Under the pieces are notes generated by a model. It had not been told where the DNA came from, did no database searches, and saw only the letters and a list, made by a program, of their open reading frames with translations. A program made the position numbers and the translations under genes. A stretch of 62,873 nucleotides of DNA, counting the filler, from Craspedostauros australis (lineage: Eukaryota): the NCBI GenBank assembly GCA_030167865.1. It is 7 parts of 7 records of this genome, joined end to end, with 100 filler letters (N's around TTAATTAATTAA, not from the genome) between each part and the next. Parts side by side here need not be neighbours in the genome. Positions count along the whole stretch, not along the records: positions 42,643 to 53,546 come from JALAGF010004462.1; positions 53,647 to 62,873 come from JALAGF010004463.1; 5 more parts are not named here. The stretch is one strand, 5' to 3'. Shown here piece by piece: positions 46,402 to 59,144 of the stretch. The first letter of the stretch is position 1, and every line of letters begins with the position of its first letter.

Positions 46402-48177
46402 GGCCGCACGACGCAATCACGACATCATTCACCGTGGCGTTAAGAAGTAGAGAGCTGCCCGGTCAGGAGATTGAGCTGCGAGGATTGCAGTCTGATCAGT
46501 GGGTGCAGCGATGGAGAGTGAGAAATCCACTGCAAAATCACTGACTCTCTACACAGAGCATTCTACTCTCATCCACTATTGCCGTAGCTACTTCCAACAG
46601 ATATGGTTCTGCGAATCCGTTCTCTGTGGCACATCAATGATGAACGCCCTGTGGCGGTTCCTCTTTCTCTCCGCCGCCGATGATGCCGTACTGTTAGTAC
46701 CATCGTTGTGCTGACATTGCATCGAAACTCGTGGTCGCACGCGTTCGCAGGACGGAAAGATGATGCCGGTTGCCGCATGCCGACTCGGATCAAGCTTACG
46801 TATCACAGTGCAGGATTTTGCGGTTGGCGAGACAGCCAGTACCGCCTCACTCATCTCAAATGCAGCTGTTACTATTCGTCGTCGTCGCCACTACCGGAAG
46901 GGGGTGAATTCGTCCAACGCCACTCGCACAGTGCAAGACACAGCTCATCGACCTTGTTGCGGTTCATCTTGAAACAAAGGCTGGGATGCCGGCACTGGTG
47001 GCGACCAAAGGCTAGACGTTCCGATAGGATACACGGATTCGAATTGTGTTGGGAGAAGGAGGCGAGTGGCGTGCCAAGCTGCGGCAGCGTACACATGAAG
47101 AAGGGTAAAGGATACTGGGAGATGACCAATCACCAGCCACCAACAGCCACCAATCAACTGAGAGTCAAGCCACGCCGCTGCCCGCTCCAACGAAGAAAGC
47201 AGTCAGCCGGTGGTCGGGTGATGTAGTTCCTGCTCTCAATTCTCGCTGCCCACGATTTGATGCGATACGATGCGATGTTCCTCCTCACATCTGCTCTTGA
47301 GGGTTATCGTGAGACATTCTTCGTTTCTGTCATCACGAAGGAACAGCAGTAATCATGGCAACGGTCGTAGTGGTGGCGACGGTGGCAACGCAACCGATCA
47401 TGTCTGCTCTGGATGATGTTTGAGGTGACAGATTGACATGGTGCGGATAGCAAAGCGTTGCATCTGAAGAGTGCCGGAGTGGTGCGGGGAAGCGCGCAGG
47501 AACGGGGAGGCAGCCGCCAACATCCAACTACGCAGAGAAGGTGAAGCGCAACAACGGCACAATGGCACGCAAAGGCGCACAAAGCCACACAAAGGCACAC
47601 GAAATCGTGTGGAAACATGCAACAGGACTGAGATGGTTGACGCCCGCCAATTGGCAACAAACAAGTAAGGGCATGCGGGTTGGATGAATTGGCGGTTAAC
47701 GGAGGTAAATGTCGGCATCAAGTCAGTCGTGCACACACCCAGCGACTTCCAGTCAAGCTCCATCGCACGGTGTCCCCTCATCTCCCCCTGTTCCATGTGC
47801 GCTCCCATCTTCCGCAAGCCTTCTGCTTGATCATGAAGACTGCAGCAGCGACAACAGCAGCATACTTGCAAAGATGGCGAGTGGTGGGAACATGGCAACA
47901 ACCAGGATGGGACGATCAAGAACACACCCGCCATCCCATTCCAACTCTTGATCTCGCCCTTGATATCTATGAGGACTGTCCATCACAGTGACCATCATCA
48001 GTGCTATCATCCGTCGCTACGACGGTGTCAATCACTCCCCTGGGCTGTCGCATCATTCACTCATACCAACTTGTTCATCCAGAGCATGATGAATGGTGCT
48101 GCTCCGGATGGTTCACGACAACAGATCCATAACACATAACTTTTCGTTGTTAGCAAATGACCGACTTGTGTCCTTCA

Positions 48178-50208
48178 TCAAATCACTTTCAGACGCTTCT
48201 TTGGAGGTCCCTCAGTCAACCACATGACGATGTCGTCGTGACCTCTCTCCTTCGCGATGTCGAGTGCGGTTTCGCCTCTACTGTTGTTTCTGATCTCCAG
48301 ATCAATGATCACACGCCGCGATTGAACCAACTCCTTCACGATTGTTAATCGATTGTGTTCGCATGCCAAGTGCAATGGCGTGTTGCCGTCGTCATTTTGA
48401 ATTGTTGCATCCGCTCCTCCCTCCGATGCAACCAACGACATCAGCATGGTGAGAAATCCGTTTTTGGCCGCATGGTGCAATGGAGTGTCGCCGCTCTTGT
48501 TCTGGATCTCCGACATTGGCTGTGCTGCAATGATCAAACGATCCATTGGATCTCCGCTCTTGATGGAGCAGCTTTGATCCAAGTTGCGCTTGGAAACGAC
48601 CTCCTTTCGGAGTAGGTCATACAGCCTCGTGAGCTTGGGTTCGTGGTTGATGGGGACGACATCGCTGTCCATCCCAGAGCAGTGCGCTGGCGTGTTGCCA
48701 TCCTTGTTTTGGATGCTGACATCAAACCAATCGCCGTAGAAATGCTTCAAGTAGTACAGAGAACCCCTCATTCTGTTTTCGTACGCCAGGTGGAGCGGTG
48801 TATTGCCATCGTTGTTCTGTAAATTGAAATCCACCCCCGATCTGTATGATCCAAGTATGGCATGAACAACTTGGCGCATGGATGCTAAATGCAGCGGTGT
48901 GTTGCCGTTGTTGTTTCTGATGTTTCCGTCGACATCACCACAGCAGGATTTGACCCATCTCACAGACTCGGAATAGCCCCATCGCGCGGCAAGATGAAGC
49001 GCGGTGTCACCGTCGTTGTTTTGGACGTTTCCATCAACATCACCACAACGAGATTTGGCCAACCATCTCAATGTCTTTTCATGGCCCCGTCGCGCTGCAA
49101 TATGAAGCGGTGTGTTGCCATCGTTATTTTGCAAGTTCATGCCAACCTTGTCTATATCCATCGCCAGCAGTTCTTCCAACATCTTCTCTGCATCATATGC
49201 ACATGCAATGTGAATTGGTGTATCGCCGTTCTTATCTCTTGTGTAAATCCCCACATCCACCTCGTCCGATTCGATGAGATACTTCACGACGTCGCGATTC
49301 AGCCTCTTGCAGGCAGAATGCAACGGAGTATGGCCGTTGGCATCATGGATGCTCATGTCAACCTCGATCTCCTTCGACACAATGAGGTAGCGAACCATGC
49401 GAACTGACGCCCTCGAACAAGCGCAGTGCAATGGTGTACCACCAGCCTTGTTTTGAATGCTGAATGCATCACTGTTTGGTTTCAACGTCACCAGCTGTCT
49501 CACGACATTGACATAACCCCAACTGCATGCCCAGTGAATTAGCGTGTCTCCTTTGTCGTCTTGTGCGTTGAAGTCGATCGCGGCTGGATCCAGCTGAGCA
49601 AGATACAGTATCATACCTGGATTGCGATTCGTGCAAGCATAGTGGAATGGTGTTTGATCGGCATTGTTCTTTCTCTTCAAGTTAATGTTCACCTTGCCTG
49701 ACTTCACCATGAACTCGACTGACTCTCTTGGCGCATCTCGACACGCGAGGACAAATGGCGTATTACCATTGTTGTCGGGTGCATTGAAATCGATGTCCTC
49801 GTGATCGGTCTGAAGAAGATATGTGATCAGGGCATCGTTCCCGTTTTGACACGCATGATGGAAGGGTGTTCGGCCATCTCGGCCTCGCACATTGATATCG
49901 ACATTCACATGGGTCGACTCGATCAAGTACTTCGCCACCGGCGCACACCCCCAATAAGTAGCGAGTCCCAGCGGCGTCATTCCTTCTTTGTTTTTCGCAT
50001 TCGCATCAATGGCCTCGTGGTGCGATGCAAGCAGATACTGGACCACGTCGATGCAATTCCACCGACAAGCAAGATGAAGAGCTGTGTCGCCTTGTTCGTC
50101 TCGAGCATTAAGAAGATGATCCGCTTGGCCTGACTCAAGGGTGGATCGCGCTGTTTCAACGTCATCTGTTCGGCACGCTATGCGCAAGGCTCCGATCGGA
50201 TCAGCCAT
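48178..50208 (-). CDS. Ankyrin-repeat protein C (mostly 36-aa repeats)
   Basis: Many GxTP/ALHxAC repeats; ends in the NLS-like PPKKRLKVI. Confidence 0.92.
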   Translation of the reverse strand: MADPIGALRIACRTDDVETARSTLESGQADHLLNARDEQGDTALHLACRWNCIDVVQYLLASHHEAIDANAKNKEGMTPLGLATYWGCAPVAKYLIESTHVNVDINVRGRDGRTPFHHACQNGNDALITYLLQTDHEDIDFNAPDNNGNTPFVLACRDAPRESVEFMVKSGKVNINLKRKNNADQTPFHYACTNRNPGMILYLAQLDPAAIDFNAQDDKGDTLIHWACSWGYVNVVRQLVTLKPNSDAFSIQNKAGGTPLHCACSRASVRMVRYLIVSKEIEVDMSIHDANGHTPLHSACKRLNRDVVKYLIESDEVDVGIYTRDKNGDTPIHIACAYDAEKMLEELLAMDIDKVGMNLQNNDGNTPLHIAARRGHEKTLRWLAKSRCGDVDGNVQNNDGDTALHLAARWGYSESVRWVKSCCGDVDGNIRNNNGNTPLHLASMRQVVHAILGSYRSGVDFNLQNNDGNTPLHLAYENRMRGSLYYLKHFYGDWFDVSIQNKDGNTPAHCSGMDSDVVPINHEPKLTRLYDLLRKEVVSKRNLDQSCSIKSGDPMDRLIIAAQPMSEIQNKSGDTPLHHAAKNGFLTMLMSLVASEGGADATIQNDDGNTPLHLACEHNRLTIVKELVQSRRVIIDLEIRNNSRGETALDIAKERGHDDIVMWLTEGPPKKRLKVI

Positions 50209-51653
50209 TCCTTATTTTAGCATCCAACGCAACGTATTATATTTGGATTGAGACAGAGAGGTGGGACGAGACAAGGACAATGAGGCAGTGGTGTGAGCGC
50301 GGGTGTCGATGAGTCATCTGGTGATCCATCTATTCGCAAGTCTCACCTGGAGAGACTGTCAACAGACAGCTCATGCCGAACCGCAAAGCATCTGCGTGGG
50401 CAGGCGGATGTGGAGACTGTAACTCACTTGATTATCGTTGGGAGAATCAGGCTAATGTGCCCACGGCGAGATGTGACGGAGGTGGGTATTCGTGCGACGA
50501 CTGCAATGAAGTGGTGGGTAGATGCGGATGCGAAGGGAGCCGAGCAGAGACGAATGGAGAAGTTCGAGTGAGGAGGCGACGAGTCTACCTGCGAAATGAA
50601 GAGAAACTGTCGGAGCCAAGTGTGTTGTGTCTTTCTGTGTCCAGGGGTGCTGAACGTCAGTCCTTTGTTGTGCGGTGCTGCATTTCGTGATGTGTTGTGG
50701 CGCAGGGGGCTACCACAATGATGCGGACGGACGGGAGCGCTATCTGGGGTGGGGACACCCAGTTCCGGCGCGAACACGGGTGCCGCCAACGAGCAACCCA
50801 CGCAAGATGGAGCAATGCGTGTGTTCGAAAAGCCGTATAATAATATTTATTATTTTGGCTTTGCCGCATCTCCATTGTGGGTTTCATGAATTTAATGAAT
50901 TTCTGACTGAAAACCAGAACTGTTGGAAGGCTGCGGTAACTACAAACAAATTCGCATCCAAATGATGATGACAAATGGAAGGCGAGTGCTCCTTGGACTC
51001 GTCCGATCAAGGTGTCAAAGATCTCGGAAATAAATACGCGGAACAACAACGCGACAACATGACGTGCCGCGCTCTTCCGACTCTTCTTGCCACTGCGACA
51101 ACAACCCTCCACCAGGAGAACAAGAGAGGCAGGTACTCGCACGAGTGCCCACATGGTGATTCGCACTAACATTATCCACACCATCAATAGAAGTAACAGC
51201 AGCAGCAACTGGCGTCGAGGAAGATCAGGCACGGCACTCTCCTCTTCAGCGGCCTCCCCTCATCCCGCCCAGCACGATCAAGCAAGCGAATCATATCCTC
51301 CCCTCCGGTCTCTCCCGTCATCTCCGCGCACGAGTATCGTGGACGTTTCTGACCACCGTGGGCGCGCCATCAATATCCTCTGCACGATACGGACTACGCA
51401 AGTGAGTGACAGTTCTCGTCCAATCTTGCCCATTTGGTTGGTCGTTTGGCTGAGGGAGTGTTCTCATGATTCTGATGAACAGAGCGATGAATGGTTCATC
51501 ATCGCCAAGGCTCACACAACTGCCTTTACGTATGCTTTTCATTTCGTCCATCTCAATTCATGAATACGAACACGCTGTGGTGAATGATGTTGCGAGGGAA
51601 TTTCGGATCTGGTCCAAGCTTCGCACGGCACATGTCAAAAGGTAGATCATGAG

Positions 51654-53546
51654 ATGGACCAATCGAATCACCCCGCCAATGATCTCCCACAGGACGGTCA
51701 AGGGAGAACGCCGTTAATGCAGGCTTGTCGTGACGGAGACATTCGCAAGGTCAAAGATATAATTGAAGCAAGTCCCTTACGTGTCAACAGCGCATTAACC
51801 GACCTCAATGGATTCACGCTGTTCCATCATGCTTGCTGCAGCAGAAGTGCAGTCATTGCAGAGTACTTGGTCGAATCGACGCAAATCGATATTGACGCAA
51901 ATGCGCAAACCAGAAACATGTACACACCATTGCATCTTGCATGCATCTACCAATCTCTCGACACAATAGAGTATCTCTGTGAAATGAAGGAACTCCAGGT
52001 CAATCAGTTCCTTCGTAATCATGACGGTGACATGTCCATTCACATCGCGTGCGCAAACAAGGATATATTGGTTTTGAAGCATCTGGTTGAGGCCGATCGA
52101 ACCAACGCGGTTTGCAACGCAAGGAATCACAAGGGCTGGACGGCACTTCACTACTCATGCGAATATCTCAACGAATCCATGGCAGAGTACCTCATCAATA
52201 CTTGTCAATCCAGCCTTGATGTCAACATCCAAGACGAACAAGGCAAAACACCGGCTCATCGTGCGTGTAATGGTACAGGCCACCGATGTTTGGGTGATCA
52301 GTTGATGAAGCTTCTACTTCGAACGGGACAAGCCTACCTCGATCTAACCATTGAAGATGAGGATGGCAACACGCCATTTCACCTCACTTGCAAGCATAGG
52401 TCGAGAGAGGTGATCGAGCTCGTGATGAAATCGGACAAAGTGAAGATCGACCTAAAAACAACGAACAAGTCTGGCCAAACGCCATTCCATTGTGCATGCA
52501 TGAATGATGATCAATGCGTGGCACAACATATCGTCCAAGTGCACCTCGCTTCCATCGATTTCAGCGCACAAGACAAAGAAGGGAACACGCCGATTCACTA
52601 CGCGTGCGAAAGGAGATATGTCAAATTGATAAAAGGTTTGGCGGCACTCGCATTGGATCAACTCAACAACGCATTCAGCATCCAGAACGACGCAGGTGAG
52701 ACACCGTTTCACTGTGCATGCAGACATGGAGACGAAGCAGAAGATCTCATCCATTTTCTCATGGAATCAAACCAAATCAACATTGACTATGACCTCCATG
52801 ATGCAAAAGGCCACACGCCATTCCATTCCGCCTGCGAATCTGGAAGTATACGTGTCATACAGTACTTCATTGAATCGAATGAGATGGATGTTGGTGTCTA
52901 CACAAGAGACAGAACCGGCAATACACCAATCCATGTTGCGTGTAACACAAGTGGTGAATACTTGATGAGGTACCTGCTTGGGTTGGACGAAGGCAACATT
53001 GGTATGACCTTGCAAAATGACGATGGCAATACACCTCTTCATCTTGCAATGATGAACAAGAGCGCCACTTTCCTTTGGTATATCAGCGAGAATCAAAATG
53101 TCAGTTTCGACTGGACACTGCGGAATACTGAGGGGGACACGGCGCTCCACATAATGGTCGGATCCGAGAACTACAAGAATGCGGATTGGTTGGTCGAAAC
53201 CGCTTCTGGCATCATCAACGGCACCATCCGAAACAACGACGGAAATACACCGCTGCACCTCGCGTACACGAACGAAAACACATACATGCTCGACAGCCTG
53301 CTTGAGTTGAGCAAAGTGGAGGTGGATATCAATGCGCAGAACAACGATGGCAACACTGCCCTGCATCTTGCATACCAAAATGAGTCATCATATCTCTTCC
53401 AGGTTGAGCACTTGAGTGGATTTCACGAAGATCAGTTTGACCCTACCATTCAAAACAACAATGGTGACACCCCAGCCCACTACTCCAAGAGAGATCACAG
53501 AGTGTTTGCCGTCGATCAAGAAATGAAGCTCACGAAACTCTACGAT
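51654..53546 (+). CDS. Ankyrin-repeat protein D, paralog of C, 3' truncated at a gap
   Basis: Repeat-by-repeat colinear with C (IDFSAQDKEGNT vs IDFNAQDDKGDT; VGVYTRDRTGNTPIH vs VGIYTRDKNGDTPIH; KLTKLYD vs KLTRLYD). Confidence 0.92.
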
Positions 53547-54989
53547 NNNNNNNNNNNNNNNNNNNNNNNNNNNNNNNNNNNNNNNNNNNNTTAATTAATT
53601 AANNNNNNNNNNNNNNNNNNNNNNNNNNNNNNNNNNNNNNNNNNNNGATTGCCGAAATCACATCACGAATTTGGACACACGAAAACAATCAGAATTTTGG
53701 AAGGAAATTCGTGAACAACGATTTCTGAGATCATCAGGAATCTCGTCCATCCATCAACCAACTGAAACATGTGACATCGAGCAAGAATCGATGTACTTCC
53801 CAACAAAACCTCAAATGACAATATCCTTGCCAGACCATTGCATCATCAATGGAATATGGAATCTGAAGGACCATGGAAGGCAACAGCTGACATTGACAGG
53901 ATGTCATCATGTCACCACGTCATCATCTGTCTCCACATCAGATCAAGAAGGTGAAGATTCAATGACCGAGGGACATCAAGATCGTGGATATACAAGGAGG
54001 AGTTGAAGATAAGACATTGGCAATTAATCGTGGAGTTGTGGGCCAGTAGAGAATGAACTGACGGAGTATCAAATATGGAGCACGTATCGAGCACGGAATA
54101 TCCCGTGGTATGAACATGGAATACTGAGAGAGAGAATACGAACAATAGCAAGAGAGCATTTTGTGTGCCAACTCATGGTTGGGCAGACCAACAAAAGACT
54201 CCAAGAGCATCGGACCAACAGCAGCAACTCCAAGAGCATTGGAGTGCCAACATAATGAAATAGCAAACAGAATTGTAACAACAACCATCACCATCTTCCA
54301 TGATCGCAAGGGTATCCATGAGTGGAACTTGCCAACACAGACAACTCCAAGATATGTGAGCCTGGCCTATTAGCACCATCCCCGCTGTGCTGAAACCACT
54401 GTGGAGTAAGCCGCCACTGCAGGACCAACTCCTGGCACAAATCATTTGGGTTCAGGCCATGCGGCAAGGCCTCTGCAATGCTGCACCTCCAGCCATGAAG
54501 GTGCTCCTCAACTGGATGCGCACCCACTGCAGGCAAGCCCAAGTGCCTGCCCCATGCAGCCTGACAACGCCAACGCAGGCAGCCCGTCCGCACCATTGGC
54601 CTACACATGCCACCAACTAAGACACTACACAGCATTAGATCCGTTCCTGCTACGTGCGCCCACGTAGAATAAACAAGGCAAAATGAAAGCGCCCCTGGTG
54701 CATGACTTAACAGTTATCATCAGTGTGGTATATATGTGTCGGAATGTGTGTACTCGGATGTGTATGCATCAGTCACACTTGCTTGCCATCATCTAGACTA
54801 TTTGGTGGCGGAATCACGACACAAAACTATGATGTCACAGCGATACCATCGCTGTACCATGAGAACACTGCGATACTACGGCGCCAGGATACCGCGATAC
54901 CAGCGGATACCACAGTATCCACCACACGTGACGCCACATCGAGACCTTACCTACCAGGTCTACAGGAATGAAATATGTTTTGAACATTC

Positions 54990-55138
54990 CATCAGATTCG
55001 ATCAATCATCAGATTCGATCAATCATCGGATTCAATCAATCATCAGATTCGATCAATCATCAGATTCGATCAATCATCGGATTCAATCAATCATCAGATT
55101 CGATCAATCATCAGATTCGATCAATCATCGGATTCAAC
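54990..55138. repeat. 17-bp minisatellite with A-A-B 51-bp higher-order unit, three copies
   Basis: A = CATCAGATTCGATCAAT, B = CATCGGATTCAATCAAT; nine units, the last partial. Confidence 0.92.
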
Positions 55139-56589
55139 AAAACCAGAGAGACGACAATGTTGACAATCAAGTCAACATCAACGAGCAACATGAGAGCAAT
55201 GTGCATGGAGGTGCAAGAGGATTGCACCAAGCAATGAGAGCAAAGAAGAGATGGATCAAGAGAGNNNNNNNNNNNNNNNNNNNNNNNNNCTCGCTCATCA
55301 ACAATCAATAGCAATAACAGTAACAGAAACACTTTGAGAAAGAGTGTTGACTACTACCGATTCTCCGTGCGCGGAGCCTTCCAACATATATGGACGTATG
55401 TGTTGTTGATGTCGATTGGTTGGCAAAACTTGGGTGCTTTGCCTGGCGTGCTTGTTGTTCCATTGTCGATCCCACTGTCACACAAGCTACATACTTGCTC
55501 TGCAGATGAAGGTGAGTTGAAAGGAAGGGAGGAGGCAGCATTGATTGGCAGTCTTGTCAACGAGTGTCTTCATGTTTGTGTTGAGGGTCGGGTGTGGATC
55601 ATAACACACAAGAATCCAACGTTCTTGGTCATCGCTACCGACATGAATGGCTCACAGACCAAAGCATGTAGTTATTGGCATTATCGTCCCTATTTTGTGT
55701 ACTGGTTGATGTTTGGACAGAAAGCAACAAGAAGAGGCAGGAATCATGTGGTGGCTGGCGCACAGGAGATGCGAAAAGAGATTGATCTCAACAATCGAAT
55801 CAACCATTTTCCTTCAGAATTGAAAAAAACGCGAAACCATTGTTGGTACCATGCGGAAACGAGCCGTTTGATGAAAAAGTGCGGGACCTGACACATGACG
55901 AACGTGCGCGAGGAGTGTTGGACGAATCGCAAAAATAAGTCTTGTTTGAGTAATCCATCGCAGCTGTCGTGGGAAAACACGAATCGTGACGACACATGGG
56001 CATTGCGAAGACCTTAATCCTCGCGAAAGTGAGCATCTCCATCGCGAACACTCAAGCCTCCAAAACGGGGCTCCCCCTGTAAGACGGACCACGCATAGGT
56101 TTATGGTGGCGCTTTCTGGGGGTAGCGGCAGGCGCGCGCGCGAACCGAACTTAGTCGAAGCAGATGACGTCAAAAAATGGACACACACGACTACAAACTG
56201 GCCAATGAAAACGCTGTGTTGATTGCGCACATTTCACCTACGCGTGGAAGTTCGCTTTTGGCAGGACTCAGAATTGGGTGCCGTTTCCGATTTGGGGCAC
56301 CAAATCGAAGTTGAAGTTCAATTTCCGAGGGGGAAGTTCGGATCCCGCCCCCCTCAGTAGTGTCTCTATCAGGTTATTTTGTACCGTGGGACTGAATAAT
56401 CCGAATGCGAGAATCCTCTATTGTCTCTGGCCTCTTGTCTTGTGTGGATGTCTGCTGGTGTGCCTGGCACGTTTGCATTTTCGGCCCATCGGCCTCCCTG
56501 GCACCGTGACTGGCACGGTGATTGGCTGATTGGTTGATTGGGGAGATGGATGCCTTCCGAGGAGGATGCGACAAGTAGTCCTTTGTCAA

Positions 56590-57490
56590 TGCGACGACAT
56601 GTCTCCCCGAAACCAGAAGGCATCCAAGCAATTCTTCCGTCGCCCGGAATGTTTGTGATAGTGGATGGAATGATCGTTGGTGGAGCAGGGCGTGCATGGG
56701 GTGACAGAATACGAGGTTGCTGACCACTACGTCCACCCCGTTTGTCACGTCTGTGATACGAGCGCAAAAAGTATTCGTATTCGTGCCAAGGTTTGTAAGT
56801 AGACGGCAGTGCCTGACGAAGGCTGATGCCGTTGTGATTGCTGCTGCGCACCATCGTCGTCGAGGAACATGGTCTCTTGAGAACATGGAGTTGTCATGAT
56901 GGCGACCAAGACGATGAATAGAGGGACGGCGAAAGCTCTCATTGAGGTGAACAGAGATGGAGGCTGATGGAGAGAGACTCCCAACTGCAAGCTTACGCAG
57001 AGATAGATGGAAGTTCAACGAAAGGTTCAACGAAAGAGAAAGAGAGACAGGCAGAAACAGACACTCCAAGGGCGCAACTTGGCATCATCCGTAATGTTCA
57101 AGGTGCGAAAGATGTCACGGACCTCCTGCTCAAAACGTGAGCTTGATTTTGGTGCCTGGCGCTGGTCTGCCTTTTTGTGTGCCGGTGTGATTGGATGCCG
57201 TTGTGCGCACGTTCTCCTGTCGATTGTTAGATCGTCGTCTGTCACCATTGGGGTATTCGACTCTACTTAACGAATGACACTTTGCAACAAATGACATTCT
57301 CATCGAGGATCATCCATGCACTTGTCACTACTATTTGGTACCAGATTGCATTGAACAATGGAAACAAGGAGACAAGAGATGGACATGGAGCGTCCGTTGG
57401 AACGTGTTCGTATCTCCGATCGACTGATACTTCAAGCAGTGACCGCTGACAGGTAGAACACGGCTTCTGTTCCTGGACGCACACGCGAAA
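56590..57490 (-). pseudogene. Possible relic with two degenerate H2A-like histone folds
   Basis: Fragments across frames: AVFYLSAV..LE, ITPAH..EQEVRDIF, GTAVYLQTLA/EY and IPGD/EEL. Weak, and needs several frameshifts. Confidence 0.2.
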
Positions 57491-58247
57491 TGACGTGCTG
57501 CGTTGTGATGTTGGTGGTGTGCAATCAGCCCAAGATCAACATTTGGGGCAGATGTTAAATGTCACGGTGACAGCGCCAAGGAACAGTCCCACCGGACATG
57601 ATCATGCGTATGTCATGCACGAGGCACAATGTCAATGACTTCTCCATGCGGCATCTGCCAAGGTTAAGAAGCGTTCTTCGGCAAAAACTCCGTGACACGC
57701 TGTTTGTTTCGCTCTCGGATCGGAATCCTTCGTGTTCGTCAGCCAGGTACCGTGTTGCTGCCTGTTGGAGTGGCACTGTTGTGCTACCTCATCGTACCAA
57801 TGCGCGTGCACGCCTCAGGAGTGGCTGAATGGGCGTGGATGTGAACCTCAAGTTACAGAGAGCGTTCTGTAGCTATTCCTGTCGTGATGTAGCTGGATGT
57901 GGTCTTGTTTCTGCTCGTTTCTGTCACTTCGTGCCATGACTCTGTGCACTCGCATGGATGAAGTTTGCGTGTAGTTTTGTGTCACATTGCGTGTCGGCGT
58001 TTGCTGCACAGCGGTGGGTTGTGCGACTCAACGCGTGCTCGAACATCTGCTGCCCGACCAGCCGGTATCGGTGCCTCCCTTCTCTCTCGCTGCGCTGTCC
58101 AACGATTCATCATAAAAATACATCCACAACCCAGAGAACCCAAGTCAAGAACAACTGATCGACTCTGCACTCTGTCTACACCATCTCCACACTTTATCCG
58201 CACCCACTCAACCCATCAACAACTCGATCCCTCTGCTCAACAACACC

Positions 58248-59144
58248 ATGTGTCTCCCAGCCACACTCACGTCTACATCCGCATCCACATCTGATGCAAA
58301 CACGCCATGCCATGCATGTTCAGAATGTTCAGCATGCACAATGTCCTCGGAACCCATCATGAAGCAAGCAGGTGACGCGCTTGCCTGCTCTTCCGCTCTC
58401 CCCTTCTTCTCCGCTTCCAGCAGCAGCAGCCGCAGCAGCAGCAGCCACACGAGAGATAGCAATGCAATCGCAGCACAATCACAAGCGCAAGCAAGAACAC
58501 AGCAACGAAGACAGCGTCGCCTGCGATTCAGCGCAGATGTGGAGGCGAAGGCGGACAGCAAGGTCGTCACCAAGTGCAAGCCATCTCCCAAACAGCAGCA
58601 GCAGCAGACGCCGTCCGAAACATGGTACTCCGCACGCGACATCCTGAGCTTCCGTCTGCACGCGCGCAACATCGTCCTCTTCGGCAATCCCAACAACGAA
58701 GACACCAGAGGTCTGGAACGTTACGATATTGAGCGCGCGCAGCAGAAGGCGCTCTACGCCAAGCTCATCACCAAGGCATCGCGCGCCTATCCTGCGGACA
58801 AGGTCGCCGCCATCGCCCACAACCTCTCCACGAGATCCAGAGAGCTGGCCGCAGCGCAGGCCCTGCAGGACTTGTTTCAGGTATACCTCATGGTGGACAT
58901 GAACGCAAGCATGCACACGAGTGTCAGCGTCGAATCAAACAACAACACTAACACGTGTACTGATGCAAACATGAACAATGACATCAACAGCAGCAACAGC
59001 AGCAGCCACAACCGCACTGAAGCCCAGTCACAACCACAACCACAGGCAATCAAGCCTCATGCAGCCATCTGCGGTGCCAAGCGCACGCTCGTCGTCGATG
59101 ATCTTGAGAGCGACAGTCGCCGGGTCCGGGCGAGATGCGCCTGA
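58248..59144 (+). CDS. Diatom-type hypothetical protein (RF...WYS...RGLE family)
   Basis: RLRFS...TWYSARDI..F...DTRGLE...VAAIA..LSTRSRELAAAQALQD pattern, flanked by low-complexity sequence. Confidence 0.75.
   Translation: MCLPATLTSTSASTSDANTPCHACSECSACTMSSEPIMKQAGDALACSSALPFFSASSSSSRSSSSHTRDSNAIAAQSQAQARTQQRRQRRLRFSADVEAKADSKVVTKCKPSPKQQQQQTPSETWYSARDILSFRLHARNIVLFGNPNNEDTRGLERYDIERAQQKALYAKLITKASRAYPADKVAAIAHNLSTRSRELAAAQALQDLFQVYLMVDMNASMHTSVSVESNNNTNTCTDANMNNDINSSNSSSHNRTEAQSQPQPQAIKPHAAICGAKRTLVVDDLESDSRRVRARCA

Larger units (their letters stand above)
30168..53646. other. Six artificial 100-nt contig linkers (N44-TTAATTAATTAA-N44) with the 12-mer starting at 30212, 32178, 34535, 36902, 42587 and 53591
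   Basis: An identical 12-mer giving stops in all six frames is centred in N runs of equal length. Confidence 0.95.

Noticed and set aside
46500..48150. Possible tailoring genes next to the FAAL-Pls-like gene
   Set aside because: Only short ORFs without enzyme motifs; no biosynthetic cluster is visible on this side.
53990..54160. AAGGAGGAG followed by TTG as a polypurine tract and 3' LTR start
   Set aside because: Plausible, but there is no second LTR and no clear RNase H motif upstream.
54990..55138. 17-bp repeats as CRISPR or telomeric repeats
   Set aside because: The units are directly adjacent with no spacers and are not TTAGGG-like.
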